A DNA stretch of 64,000 bases from Uloborus diversus (GCF_026930045.1 NC_072740.1:29620384-29684383), one strand, 5' to 3'; numbered from the stretch's first letter, positions 49,600 to 62,589 are shown. A program made the numbers and translations. The notes: a model not told the origin generated them from the sequence alone.

Positions 49600-51559
49600 A
49601 TTGACTAGGACCAGTCTAGCTGGGCCCAGAGCCTGTTGCTGGTCGTCACTTTTGTATTTGTATTATTGGTTACTAATAGTTAAAAAAAATTAAATTAAAA
49701 GTGCTATTAAATTAGCATTCTGACCGAAGGCATTTTGTAAAAATACTTTAAACTCCCGATCATCCGAGAGCAGCTTATCTGTGACCTTTCACACTTACTT
49801 TCAGAAAAAAAAAAACGACGATTAGCTGAATGTAAATAAATGCACACATTTTAACTTAGCAAGTGCAAAATTTTCTTTTTAGACATTCTTATTGCTTTCT
49901 TCGCCCTCCCTTCCAATGTCATTAAACACTTTATTTTGGATGTTTGAAGTTACCTACTGTGATTTTTTTCAGTTCATATGCTTGCACGATTTGCACGTGT
50001 ATGTGTGTAATCTATTTGCAGTAATGAGCGATCTTTTTCTACCTTTTACATGCACTGATATCGTTTTAGCAACAGTTTTAATGTGTGCGAGTGTTATTTA
50101 TCTTTTGAAGCACTATTTGCATACACTAGCATCGTTTTTACCTGATTTGCAAACTATCTGCAATTCATTAACAATCATAAGAAAACTGGCTCAAAGACAT
50201 TGGAAGAAAATTTGAAACTATTTTGTGAAAATTAGGAGAACGAAGAAAAATAAATTGTCTCTCAGAAATAAGCCATTAACTCTTTATATCAAAAAAAAAA
50301 AAAAAAAAAAAAACTGGTGCAGAAACTAGTAGAATAAAAAATAATCACCATGATCATTAATCGGCTCTGCCGATTAATCGGGTGATTACCAATTAATCGC
50401 CCGATTATCAACAGATGATTAATTGGTAATAGGTCTCTTTGCTTATCGTAGCGATAAATTTTATTTTTTATCATAACCCATTGCACTCACTTTCTCTTGT
50501 TAAAATCGCCTATACATGCCATTGCTGTTCTTCAGAGATATCCTGAAAAATAACATAAACGAAAGCTTGTCAAAACTAGTCTACAGAATACACCCAGGCA
50601 TTGGAAGTTGTCCTCCCCCCCCCCCCCTTGAACTATTTCTTCCTTTTTATTTTTTAAAAAATACTGACTCAATTAAAGGTTTTCGATGAACAAATTATAG
50701 TATTAAAGGCACATTGAAAATTAGCTTACAAATATTGAGTATAAACACATTCATAGTGTCTAATACGAAAAATATATTATGTGTAATGAAATATCACTAT
50801 AAAGAATACTATTTTATGCCAATGCTGTTTTATCTATATATGAGGAGTTTACTTTCAAAATGGAGTATATCCACTTTTGGAAAAAAAAAAAACTTTTTTT
50901 GTTTTCAGAATCTCTAGTATACGCCCTATGGACCCAAGAATTTTTTTCTTCTCGAAGTGGTTTATATCTACTGTTAAAAAATGTGTAAACATTGGTTTAC
51001 CACCTAAATGGTGTATATCCATCCTCTTATTTCTCGCCAGGTCTTTTACAGCAAAGTAGAACTTATCCCTTATTTGCCGATATCCACTTATTCACTTTCC
51101 TATCAAAAGGGTACATACTCAAATTTGAATTTGCCACTTCCAGTTCAAAAGTAGTTCACAAATAAAATAGCTCAGCAAGGCATTGGCTGAGCATTTCCAA
51201 TCAAGCATGATACCTGTCTATATTAAGAGATCGCAGCATCTTGCGCAAGTCTGTTAAGGCAAGCGAGACCTCAAATAGTTATTACTGAATTAATATTAAA
51301 TATTTGATATTACTATTAAATTGTGATTAATCAATGATTAAATTGTGATTAATTGTAAACTATTAATGCCTTCAACGTTGTTATTTGAATCAGCTTTTGT
51401 GGTTTCATTGTTCATACTTAATTGGATCAAAGATCCTTTTTTTAAATATTCAATGAAAAGAATAAAGTAAGTAGGATAGAATAAAGTATAGTTAAAAAAA
51501 TATATATTAAAAATGTTGAATATTTTTTTCAATTTTAAAGTTTATTTCTGAAGAAAATG

Positions 51560-52050
51560 CATGTTTTTTTGAAAAAGTGATGACATTTACTGTTTTATAC
51601 CAAAAAGGAGTATATCCAAAATAAAACTGGCAATTTAGGGCTCATAAAATTGTGGAAAAATTATATTTTACTTATGCCAATAGCCACTTGTTGTTCTACC
51701 AAAACATTGCAAAAAATTCTAACAGCTAGTGTTTGTGCATAAAGCTTTTTTTCATTTTGCCAAATAGATATTTAACTGGAAATAATCCATTTTGAAAGTA
51801 AACCAGAAAATGCGTGTTTTATAATTTTTTTTCCAAAAAAATATCACTGTTTTACACCAAAAGGGAATGTATCCAAAATAAAATTGAGAAAAAATTATAA
51901 GACTTATGCCAATAGTCACTTGTTATTCTACCAAAACATTGTGAAAAATTCGAAATTCTAACAATTAGTGTTTGTGCATAAAACTTCTTTTTCGTTTTGC
52001 CAAAAAAATATAAAACTGGATATAATTCATTTTAAAAGTGAACTCCTCAT
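51560..52050. repeat. tandem duplication of a ~270-bp unit (two copies, ~85% identical)
   Basis: 51585-51790 is similar to 51850-52050 (…gtatatccaaaataaaa…acttatgccaatag.cacttgtt.ttctaccaaaacattg.aaaaaattc…taacagctagtgtttgtgcataaa…). Confidence 0.7.
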
Positions 52051-55000
52051 ATGCAGTTGGCTCTATGTTTAATGACGCTCTATTTAACGACTTTCTCTAC
52101 TCAAAGATGGCTTTTCACGGTCCCAGATGGTCCACTATATTTTAAAAGCATTCTATTTAAGGACGCTTTCTTCTTAAGAACGATTGTTTGTGGTCCCTTG
52201 AAAGTCGTTAAACAGAAAGCCAACTGTATTTTATAAACTTAATGCTTGTATTTTTTATGCATTGGTGAAGTATAACCAAAAATTAGATGTCCGTCAGATT
52301 GGATACTTTCAGCTGAAAAACATTCCAAAAAATGCATAAAATGCTAAAAATGGAATTTTGCATCATTTGAAAAACAATTATTTACAAATAAATAACAACA
52401 CACGCACAATATGGTTTTGCTATAAATTGACTCGACCTTATTATAAAACTCGTTTATAACGAATAAATATTTTCTCACATTATTTAATCCCGAAAAAAAT
52501 TCCTTATACGATAATCCACACAGAACATACTGCATATTGCCACTGATAAATGCAGCTAAGTCCACCAAAACATGTATTCTAATGTGTTTAACTGCATTTT
52601 TTATGAGAGCACCGTCATCAGTTTTGCTTCACGAAACTAAGCTAATATGAAGAAGCAATGTTTATTTATTATTGTTTTAAAGCCTGTTTGGTAAACTACT
52701 GTAATTGAAATCTCATCAAAAACAACCCTGTTGTAAAAATTTCCCCGCCAAGAAAACCTTTAACTTTTCCACACAAAAAAGAAAACCTGCATCCTAAACC
52801 CAAAAACCCTCAGCCATAAAAAGTTATGATATCCAGGTTGCCCGCCAAGTATCTGCCAAACTAGCATCCTCCCTCTTCTCCTTTTTCATCACAGCTACTT
52901 CCATTAGAACCTCCTCCCAACTTCAACTCCTCAGAAATATGGATAGATCTTTTAAATTGTTTATCTTGTTTGGCGGGAAGCTTTTTGCTCACCAAGCAAC
53001 CACTTCACTTTGAAAAGTGTTACTGTGAATAACTGTTACATCTGTTCTAACCTTGCAATTGCAGTCCGAGATAAACAAACCCTATGAGCTGAGAGTAAGT
53101 ACATAAGAATTTATTGAAAATTAGTGATTTTCAAACTTCAATTACTCCGGCCCATGATGTCCCTGGGGGTTGAATTTTTGTATATGTACTCAATGGCCCC
53201 CCCCCCCCCCAAGAATATGTATACAAAAAATCATTACCGTAGCCCCCCTGGGGGCTGTGATAGAACCCCGGGAAGGTACAAATTGGGGGTAAAAACGAGG
53301 GGAGAAGGGGAGGGCGGTCAAATGGCACAAAAGGCACATCAGTAGGGCACAAGGAATGTGTGTGCGAAATTTCAGCTTGATTCCTTTTTTCGTCTGGGCT
53401 GTAGCCGTGTCACCGAAAGCGAAAACTTTTTTGAACAGCGATTTTATAACTTTAATACCTCCTCCCTCTGATGGTCCAGGGGATTGTATTTTGGTTTATG
53501 GCGTCAGGAGCCACTAGGAGATTGAGTGTACCAAAAATCAACTCCGGGGGTCTTCATAGGGCTGAGATACAGAGGGGTGAAAAACCCAAAAATCCTCAAC
53601 TTGTTCTGTCATGTAATCTTGTTCTTGGTCGCTTTTTTCTTTCGCCTTTGGCGGTGAATTTGCCTCTGTTGACTGCTGACGTTTGGTTTCCTTGGCAGGG
53701 CGGGACGCTCCCACGTCCCGTGATCGGTTTACTTACTAGCAATATGTCTTCTTGTTTTCCCGCCTGAATCAGAGTTGATTAATTCGTATCCTTACATAGC
53801 ATGGATTGAATCAATTTCGTAATGTTATGCGTGCTGTAAATAGTTCTTTAGTTTTAAAAGAAGACGCAAAGAAAAAAGTGTTAAAAAACCCTATATTAAT
53901 TTAGAACGATACGTTTCTCTGTTAAATGTTAGTTGCATTAAAAATGAGATAATATTTGTCTTTTTCGGAATATGGAATTTTTAAACGCATGACCACTTTT
54001 ATAATTGAAACTCACTTACTCATTTTTGAGAAATGATTACTTAGAAAAAATAAGTATGTGCATGTTCTCGTTTTGAAGCACTTCATTTTCAACAGTGTAC
54101 ACCATAGTTACTGCTTCAGATCTACACTAATTGCTGATTTTTAGATCTATTGTGCTTACTGAAATCTACACCACTTACGTGCGTAAACAAGTGACCGGAC
54201 TTGTCTTGAAAGAATTCTTCTCTTCTTTCTTTTTGGTGTAACCTGTATTTTCTTGTGTATAATCTGCAGATTATCTGTTAAAAAAGTAAAGTTAATGAGG
54301 TTCAGATTATACGCTGCTGCGGATTATCTGTGATTTTTTCTCGCTACAACAACCCATTGAACCTCAATATTTACAGTAGGATTAACCAAGACACCGTTAC
54401 CGCTGCCTGTATGTTGTTTATTTTACATAGCTTGAATGTCTTTCGCTGCCTATAGGTTGTTTTTTTTACATAGCTTGAATGTTCCTCTTACGCGATTCAG
54501 GCTATGTAAAATAAACAACATACAGTTACGGACGAAGCCTTCATTTGCACAAGATTAGACTGTTTGCTCCTTTTTTTTAAATCGTTTGTCTTTGAGTAAT
54601 TAAGGTACCATAATCATGATTTTAAGGAGAATTCATTATTCTTTAGATTAATTTTGATTATACCTAAAAAGTGATTACTTCATCATATTTTTAATTTAAT
54701 TTTTAAAATTGTATGTTAAATCAAAGCTTTATCTTTTTACATCGTATTGTCCGCGGATTATACGAAGATTTCGTTTTTCTAAGGTATCCGACTACGTTGA
54801 AAAGGCGATTTTCGACCAAAATTCACTTTTTCTCAAAATAGTTTTATTCAACAGCCCCATTCTTAAAGATTATGAAACATTTTAGTTTTATAATCTACGC
54901 GAATTAGAACTCACGTTATAAGCATTTGAATACTAAGCATCTGCAGTATAACGCGTGTTAAGTCGAATCTTTACTTACGTTTTTTGAAGAGTGCAATTAT

Positions 55001-57287
55001 TTCTCGATACTGGCTACGGAAAACATGATTTTGCAAATTCTCTTCAGTATTCAAGCATGAAATTTGGCATGCCTGTCTTGTAAGTACTTGTGAGTGGAAT
55101 GGACCACAGATTATGTAAATGATGAAATATTTTTTGATTTATAGCTTTTTCACCGAAAAAAGGTGACAAATTTTTGAGAAATTTCTGGATTAAGAAACGT
55201 AATTTGTCATAAACCTTAAAATTCTTGAAATATTTCTTAACCTGCGGTCTGTTTCATGTGTAATATTTATACATGTGAAAAAAGCTAAGCAAATTGTTTA
55301 TAGCTAGTTAATTTTTATTAATACAGTGTTTCTCCTAACTGGTAATTTTCAGTCATTTTTGCCAAAAAATCACCCATTTAAAAAAAAATTATTGATATTA
55401 TGGTTTATTTTTAAGCAAAATACATGTTTTAAGATCATTCTGCTTCTAAAAAAACATTAATATTATTTCATAATAGCGTTTTTAAAAAAAACTGCTCCGA
55501 ACCTAGTCGGATACCTGCGGATTACACGCTGCCGCGGATAATGAGCAGGAAAATACTAGTTTGATCTGTTCCAGTTGATTTGTTTGCACTCTTTGCTCGC
55601 ATCTGTGCGTAATAAGTTTGCAAAAATGAGCGAGCCTTTATTACTTTTTACGTAAAGTTTTTACATACACTGTTATCGTTTTAGCTAAAGTTTAAAACGC
55701 ATGCAAGTGTTATTGATATTTTAAAGCCATTGCATGCACTAGTGATAATTTTGAATACCGCCCCTATTGTCACCCCCTCCCCTGTATCACGTTTTATGTA
55801 CCATACAATAATTTTTAACAAAACACAATTTTTATCTGCTTTACCCCTCATTTTAAAATTTCTTTCGGGTAATCCGCGGTACCTGTGTCACCAAAGTCCG
55901 TGAATAATCGGGAGTGTACTGTATATCAGTATTTATTCCGAAAAAAAAAACGTTTTTTGTACACTCAATACCTGTCATCTACTTTTTCGATCTCTTTCTA
56001 AATTTTCTTATCTATCTCTATGTGTTTTAACCTAACCGCTAATTCCTAACAAAAACAAAGATCATGAAAAAACCGTGCGCTTTATTTATTTAATCAAGAT
56101 AGTACAGAGAAAAAAAGATTTGTGCTCCCCATAGTGGGAAAAAGATTTAAAAAAACTCATTGCTTTTCTTGAATTAAATGCAGACAAATATGTAACATTA
56201 AATTAACGCAGCACACAGCAAAATGTCCGGGAGGGGGGGGGGAGGAAAAAGGAATAAAATTCGTAAATGAAAAAAAATTAAGCACAATCAAGCGCTGCAA
56301 TCAGATTACGTGGCCATGATGTCATCGTAAATTGAAGATCAAAAAAGTACGGCTGTGCTCTGCATTAAAAAAAATAATAATAATAAAAACTATTGCGTAT
56401 TTTTGAAAAAAAAAAAAAAATTCTGAAGAGGGTGAAATGTTTTTACTATTCCTTAGTTGTTATTTTTTTCTCGTGTTTCGTGGATACAAGAAACTTTTCT
56501 TTAATGTAAAAAGATGTTAGTTTATGTACACAGTCATCCCATAAAAGATATTGGATGTTTTACATTCATAAGCTTTCATGATTTTGTATTGAAGAAAGAG
56601 CTCTTTGTAACGTCAAAACACATGTCCACAATATTTTGAAAAAAACTAAATTGATAGTTTTAAGAAAACATCCTCGAAACATTATGGATATTTGGTTCCG
56701 TAACGATCCAGTTGGTTTTTATTCATCCAAAAGGAACAGTAATGATATTGAGATATCTGCGAGAGAAAGTGACAAATACTTTACGAAGCTTGTCATAATT
56801 CTTTTGTCTTGCTGCTTAAATATCAGGAAACGTTTTCTTGTGTTGTTCAAAATGCATTGTGAATATGCAACCAATGGCAGTTAGATTTAAATTGCTTAAA
56901 AGAAAAGGGAGCTGAAAACTCTGGTGAGAAGCACACTCGTCACGACAAATAGATTACGATTTCGTAGAAGACTGATTTTCAATGCATTTGTTTAATTCTA
57001 CACAATTAAATTAACACGTCCTCTTGTTGATTCATTGATATTTCTATTCCATCATTAACCTTTACTTTTACTCAGCGGACCACAATTGGCCGATATGACG
57101 TCACTGAAGTTGATAAATCCTAGCTACAGGCTATTTTGATAGTGCAATCTCTTTTGATGGTTATAATTTTGGTTCGTCGCTATAGGCGTAAATTCACCGT
57201 TACTGTTAAATGGTGGCTGTTTTTAACCGTTAACTTTAGTTGGGGAGAGCAAAACGTATACAGTGAGCGCCGGATATTTGAATAAGT

Positions 57288-57880
57288 GATAAAGTGAATG
57301 AGCCGCTTTAATGAATTAAATCTCCGAAAACAAAATGGAATCCAGCTTTAACATTAAAAAACTGTCGAATGATTGAATCAAACACGCCGCTTAAATGAAT
57401 CAAGAGTATCTGAGTAACCATTTTCCAGAAACATGTTGTGCATCAGCGCAGTCTTTTTTTCTGTGCCTTCATTTAGAAAAGTGAGCCTTTTCTTTTGTGT
57501 GTGTGTGTGCATGTGTTTTCCCCCTTTTTTTGCAAGCAGTGAAAAGAAGGGGTTCAGAGCATCTGCTCCCATATGCAGTGGCGGATAAAGTGAATGAGCC
57601 GCTTTAATGAATTAAATCTCCGAAAACAAAATGGAATCCAGCTTTAACATTAAAAAACTGTCGAATGATTGAATCAAACACGCCGCTTAAATGAATCAAG
57701 AGTATCTGAGTAACCATTTTCCAGAAACATGTTGTGCATCAGCGCAGTCTTTTTTTCTGTGCCTTCATTTAGAAAAGTGAGCCTTTTCTTTTGTGTGTGT
57801 GTGTGCATGTGTTTTCCCCCTTTTTTTGCAAGCAGTGAAAAGAAGGGGTTCAGAGCATCTGCTCCCATATGCAGTGGCGG
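57288..57880. repeat. perfect tandem duplication of a ~297-bp unit containing a (GT)n microsatellite
   Basis: 57288-57584 and 57585-57880 are identical by eye. The ORF-track peptides 57378-57572 and 57674-57928 are also identical. Confidence 0.9.
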
Positions 57881-57960
57881 ATTGGTTGAAAAAATCGGCC
57901 CTGGCATTAAGAGATGTAGCGGCCCCATAGCTCTTATAGATTAGTAGGGTGGCATATTAC

Positions 57961-59413
57961 ATTCCGTAGGAAATTTCCCCCCCCCCCGTGAGGAAATTGT
58001 GAGACCAATTCTATTATGTTCCTTATGGCCTGTGTAACTATGCCTCACCGGGTGTTTTGCTTGAATTTGTGTCAGACGACCTGTATGACGTCATCAATCC
58101 AAGATGGCGGCTGTAATGAGTTTTTGCAATTCTGACTCAATTTTTGGGTATTTTGTGATAATTTTCTGGTAAATTTGCTTGATTAATATTCTATTACTTT
58201 TCTTATTATAAGTTGAAAGTAAAATACCTAATTTATTTGTTTATTAACTCATTTAAAAAAAAATTCTGAAGTCTTCATTTTTGACTTTGACATTCAGAAT
58301 AAGCTAGTTTAAAAGTACCTCGGGTGCGTTTTTGCAGTTAAAAATACTGTTAATTTTGAGGCTAAAATGATTAAACATTAGTACAGTCGAACCTCGTTAA
58401 TTCGGACACGCTTATAACGAATTACTGCTATAGCGAACTACATTTACGATCCCCGTCCTACTGTACTTACACTTACACTATTTTTTTTTTTTTTTTTTCA
58501 AATAACCCACAATTTCAAGGCCCACAATGCTTTGGAGGCCCCTCCTCTCTATTCTATCACCTTAAGTCAATGCAAAATAATGTTTAACAATATTTTAGAG
58601 GTATGTTTTCAAATAAATCATTTTTTGTGCTTCTGAGTCCATTTTAAAACTAGTTCGATGCAGCTGCGTAAAAGGAAAATGCATTGTTTCATGTAAATGC
58701 AAATCTCAATCACTGAACTTTGTGTGTGAAGATGATGAGGACTTATGTGAAAATCATAGCCAACAAAGCGATATTTGATAACGCTTCAGATGAAGATATC
58801 TTTAAGTAAGAACTGTTTGTTTACCTTTAAATCTATATTTTGAACTAAAATCAGAGTTTAGATAATGAAATCAATCATTCATTACTTGAGTACATAAATA
58901 AAATTATTATTATATCTAATATTAAGCATCGGAAGTTGAAATTTCTTTCTGCATTGAAAAAGAATGCTCCTTATAACCCCGAAACGCGTGTATGCAAATT
59001 ATTTTACAGGTTTTTTGGAATAATAAATTTGATTCTATCGTACTAGCTTTCCAAAATATTTTTTAACTGTTATTGGTTACTAAAAAGGTTCATAAAATCT
59101 GCATCGAAACAAAAAATAAATAAATGAATAACTTATTTTAAATTGGCAATTAGTTCTCAAATTTGAAACATCATTGTATTAAAATATTGAATATATAAGA
59201 TAAGTTGAAAAAATGTCATAATATGCATCAAAAATCAGTTAAAACCGAAAATTTTCATCAATATCTAGTGCAGCCGCCATCTTGGATTCATGACGTCACA
59301 CAGGCCATCTGACACAGGTTCAAGCAAAACACCCGGTGAGGCATAGTTATATAGGCCATAAGGAATGTATTAGAATTGGTCTCACAATTTCCTCACGAAA
59401 TTTCCCACGGAAT
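57961..59413. mobile_element. non-autonomous DNA transposon with ~145-bp terminal inverted repeats
   Basis: 57961-58113 (attccgtaggaaatttc…gtgaggaaattgtgagacc…tgacgtcatcaatccaagatggcggctg) is the reverse complement of 59271-59413. The ~1.15-kb AT-rich interior has no transposase ORF. The TSD is not resolvable. Confidence 0.8.
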
Positions 59414-59959
59414 TCCTTAAGTACGCAACTGGACTAAGATATTAAATTTTACCTAACGATTGGGATATCACTTAAATATGAGGAAATTATTCTTAACAAC
59501 TGAATTTGTTGTATTTAAACAAAATTTAACAGATAGGAACGCTTCTGCGCTTTATTGGTGAACAAATTGATACAGTATTAGCTAAACAATAATTTGGAGA
59601 AAATTGTGATTGTAATTGTCCATTTAAGTATTTTTATAACGCCCGGAACTTGATTGATTATTTTTGTAATGATAACACTGCTTGGCCAGTATGTCCTATT
59701 CTGCAGTTATAATAAGTAACTTAATTGCTCTGTTTTATGAAACTGATCTAGCGATGTTCATTACTGAGCCCTGTCATAAACATTCCCTTTTTTATACTGC
59801 CATACCCTGACGACCCCCAGACTCGATGCGAGGTCAAAAACATGGTGGTAGGGGTCGGGTACGAGTTTGGCAGCTCCTTATTTATTTATTTATTTTTTTC
59901 AAACGCATGTATCAATACAAAGAGATAGAGTGGACTTAGCTTTCTGGCTTGTAGGAGAC

Positions 59960-60760
59960 ATTAAAGTATTAACATTGAATCTGAAGGGGGGGGGGGGTCC
60001 TTTTCCTCGGAAATTTTTTGAAATTGCAGTCTTAAAAACTCAATTTTAGACAGTATTTGGGGATGTTAGGGGAGCGTAGGTTCAGGGTTTCTCCTGCTGC
60101 AATTTTTCGGAATTAAGAAATCCAAAAACAGAATTTTAAATTATCTTCGAGTATATGGTATAAAGAGCGATTCCGGGGAATCTCCTCTGAAATTTTTTAA
60201 AAAAATATTAGCTCTGAAAACGCAGTTTTAGAAGATCTTTGGTGATTTTAAGTCGAGATAGTTCCGAGGCCATCCACCAGAAAATTTTCAAATTTAAGTC
60301 TTAAAAGCCTTTTTTGGTAAAGACTAGGGTTAGACAGTTACTCGAAAGTTAAGTTTCAAAAACGAAATTTTTGCTTACCTTCAGTGATATTAGGAAAAGG
60401 AGTTTTCAGGAGGCTCACCCCGGAAAATTTTCGAAATTAAAGAACTAAAAACAAGACTTAAAACGTTCTTCACTGATGATGCCGGAGAGAGAGGAGGGAA
60501 CGGGGCACTTTCCCAGAAAATCTTTGATACTGTTAATTTAAAAACACAGTTTTAGACCATCTTTGGGAATGTTAAAAAAGCGGGAGAGGTTCGAGTACTT
60601 TCCTCCAGCAAATTTTCGAAGCTTTAATTCCATATTATGGCGGGAGTGGATTCGGCTGTTCTCTTATGAAGTTATTCAAAATTAAAGCCAAAAAATTTAA
60701 ATTTTACACGATCTTCGATGATATTAGGAGGAGGGGGGGGGGGGGGAGGTTCTGGGGACA
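59960..60760. repeat. degenerate minisatellite, ~7 units of ~110-120 bp (…ggaaaattttcgaaatt.aag…aaaac…atttta.a..atcttcg.tgat.ttagg…)
   Basis: The motif 'aattttc(g/a)aa…ttaa…ttta…atctt…gat…tagg…gg' recurs every ~115 bp. G-runs are at 59986 and 60728. Confidence 0.6.
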
Positions 60761-62589
60761 ACCGGAATTCTTTTGACATTGGTTTTTACTTCCTTTTAGA
60801 AAAAAGGAAGTATTGTATTCGCGAAAAAAATTTCACTCAAAAATTAACCTTAATTTCCATTTTTCTCACTCCCGAATGAATGTTGAGTTTTTTTTTTGAC
60901 CCGACCACACGTGGATATATGCCGAGGAACGTACAGACACCCGAAATATCTATTTTGACGACCCCCGAGTTAATTACAACGAATTTTCTCGTGACGTCTG
61001 TATGTACGTATGTATGTGCGTATGTGTATATGTATCTCGCAAAATTCAAAAACGGTATGTCCTAGAAAGTTGAAATTTGGTACGTAGACTCCTAGTGGGG
61101 TCTAGTTGTGCACCTTCTCTTTTGGTTGCATTCGGATGTTCCTAATTGGGTCTTTTGCCCCTTTTTGGGGGGAAATCATTGTTAATTTCGATATAAACTC
61201 AAGTTGTCTTATAATTTGTCGGACACTTGGCGATATATCGCCAGTCTTTTGGTTGCCAACTTGACGACAAATTTGGTGATTTTTTTTTTTAATTTGGTTT
61301 CACTTTGGCTACTGTTGGTGATAGTTAGAAAGTAAACAATTAAATCACATTAAAATTGCCAATAATGGGGAAATGACATTAAATTGGAGTAAAAGGAAGT
61401 CATGTGATGCACACATCAGCTCGTTATCAACTTATTTTCTTTTTAAACTGAAGGGCCCGAAACCGTGAGTTTGTACAGTGTACAGAATACTTTATGTATC
61501 GTCAAAAAATGTTTGAAACTCACATTTCGGCGGCCTTTGGCCTTTGTTTTTATAATCTTAATAATGAAGAGCTTTCATACTCCTCAATGGTATTTTAAAA
61601 TTGCATTTTTTAAAATAATTTTACGTAAAAAAATATTTTGTCACTTTTATTCCAATTGTTATAAACAGGGTTGCTGAGAGCAAAAGCAAATCCGGGAAAA
61701 AAATGACATAGGTCAATTGTTTCACAGGCCCCCCTTCTACACCTTTTACATTAGGATACTTTACCCTCTGCACGAGTTTTCCGAGCCGGGCCCCTATTCT
61801 CCAAGTAAGTTGACATGACCTCACGTCAGCCCTCGTTGTAGGTTGCATTTTTTGTCAATTGTCATTTATAAATAAAAGTATCAAAGAGACCAAAAGTATT
61901 TTATCTTTTTTCGACCGCTAAGGTTTCCATGTTTTTTTTTTTTTTTTTTTTTTTTAGATTTATTCATTTATTTTTTTTATTACACCACTAAAAATATATT
62001 GGCAGCTCCAGGGCCCGAATAACTAAAACTGAGGTCCTAGGCCCACATTAATTTGGAGGCCCCATGAAGACTCTGCAATGTTTGATTTACATTTTTAAAG
62101 CACGAATACACTTTTGGAGGCCTCTTTGTCTAATCACACAACTATGTATAGATCACTTATGTGCATTTATGAATCCCCTTTGGGCCCCTTCATAATCGTG
62201 ACCAAGTAAATTCGTTGGTAACCAAGTAAATTTATTTTTAGGGAAATACATGTATTTTTCATATCGGTGCAATGCTATGCATAATTCTTTAAAAAAATTT
62301 AGGCCCTTTAGGAATATGGGGCCCTAGGCCTAGACCGACAGCCTGTGCGGTAATCAGGCCCTCGGTAGCCCTTTTTCAGAAATCCCCCTTGGTGACGGCC
62401 CTGCCTCCCTCCACCCGCAAGCTTTAGCCCAAGCGTAAAGAGGAGCTGAGGCTGTGTTTTGCGAATTTGCGGTACTCTAAACACATGCACGCAAAATTTA
62501 CATTTTGCTGTTAGCAGACAGGCCCGAAAGACTTTGCTGTTAGTTGATCGGCCCGAAGCATGACCGGCCCACCGGGCAAATGCCCGGTT

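Larger units (their letters stand above)
45100..49690 (+). mobile_element. nearly full-length CR1/L2-clade non-LTR retrotransposon (LINE), pseudogenized by frameshifts and a MITE insertion; 5' boundary uncertain
   Basis: ORF1 carries a PHD-like Cys cluster (45512-45970) and an SGNH/GDSL-type esterase (45988-46416, …VTLWVGTNDV…). ORF2 carries an APE-type endonuclease (46476-47756; GDFNFP, SDH motifs) and a reverse transcriptase (47753-48245 and 48495-49599; FYDKVT…TALD…IDFQKAFDKVPH…FADD). The 3' tail …ctagctgggcccagagcctgttgctggtcgtcacttttgtatttgta is shared with the truncated copies elsewhere in the window. Confidence 0.85.

Noticed and set aside
56636-56884. 82-aa + ORF (MKKTKLIVLRKHPRNIMDIWF…)
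   Set aside because: It is an isolated short ORF with no splice partners or domain-like motifs. It lies in AT-rich DNA next to repeat modules and is most likely chance.
57961-59413. Target-site duplication of the 1.45-kb TIR element (TTA/TA?)
   Set aside because: The flanks (…catattac| and |tccttaag) do not give an unambiguous duplication, so superfamily assignment from the TSD is not supportable.
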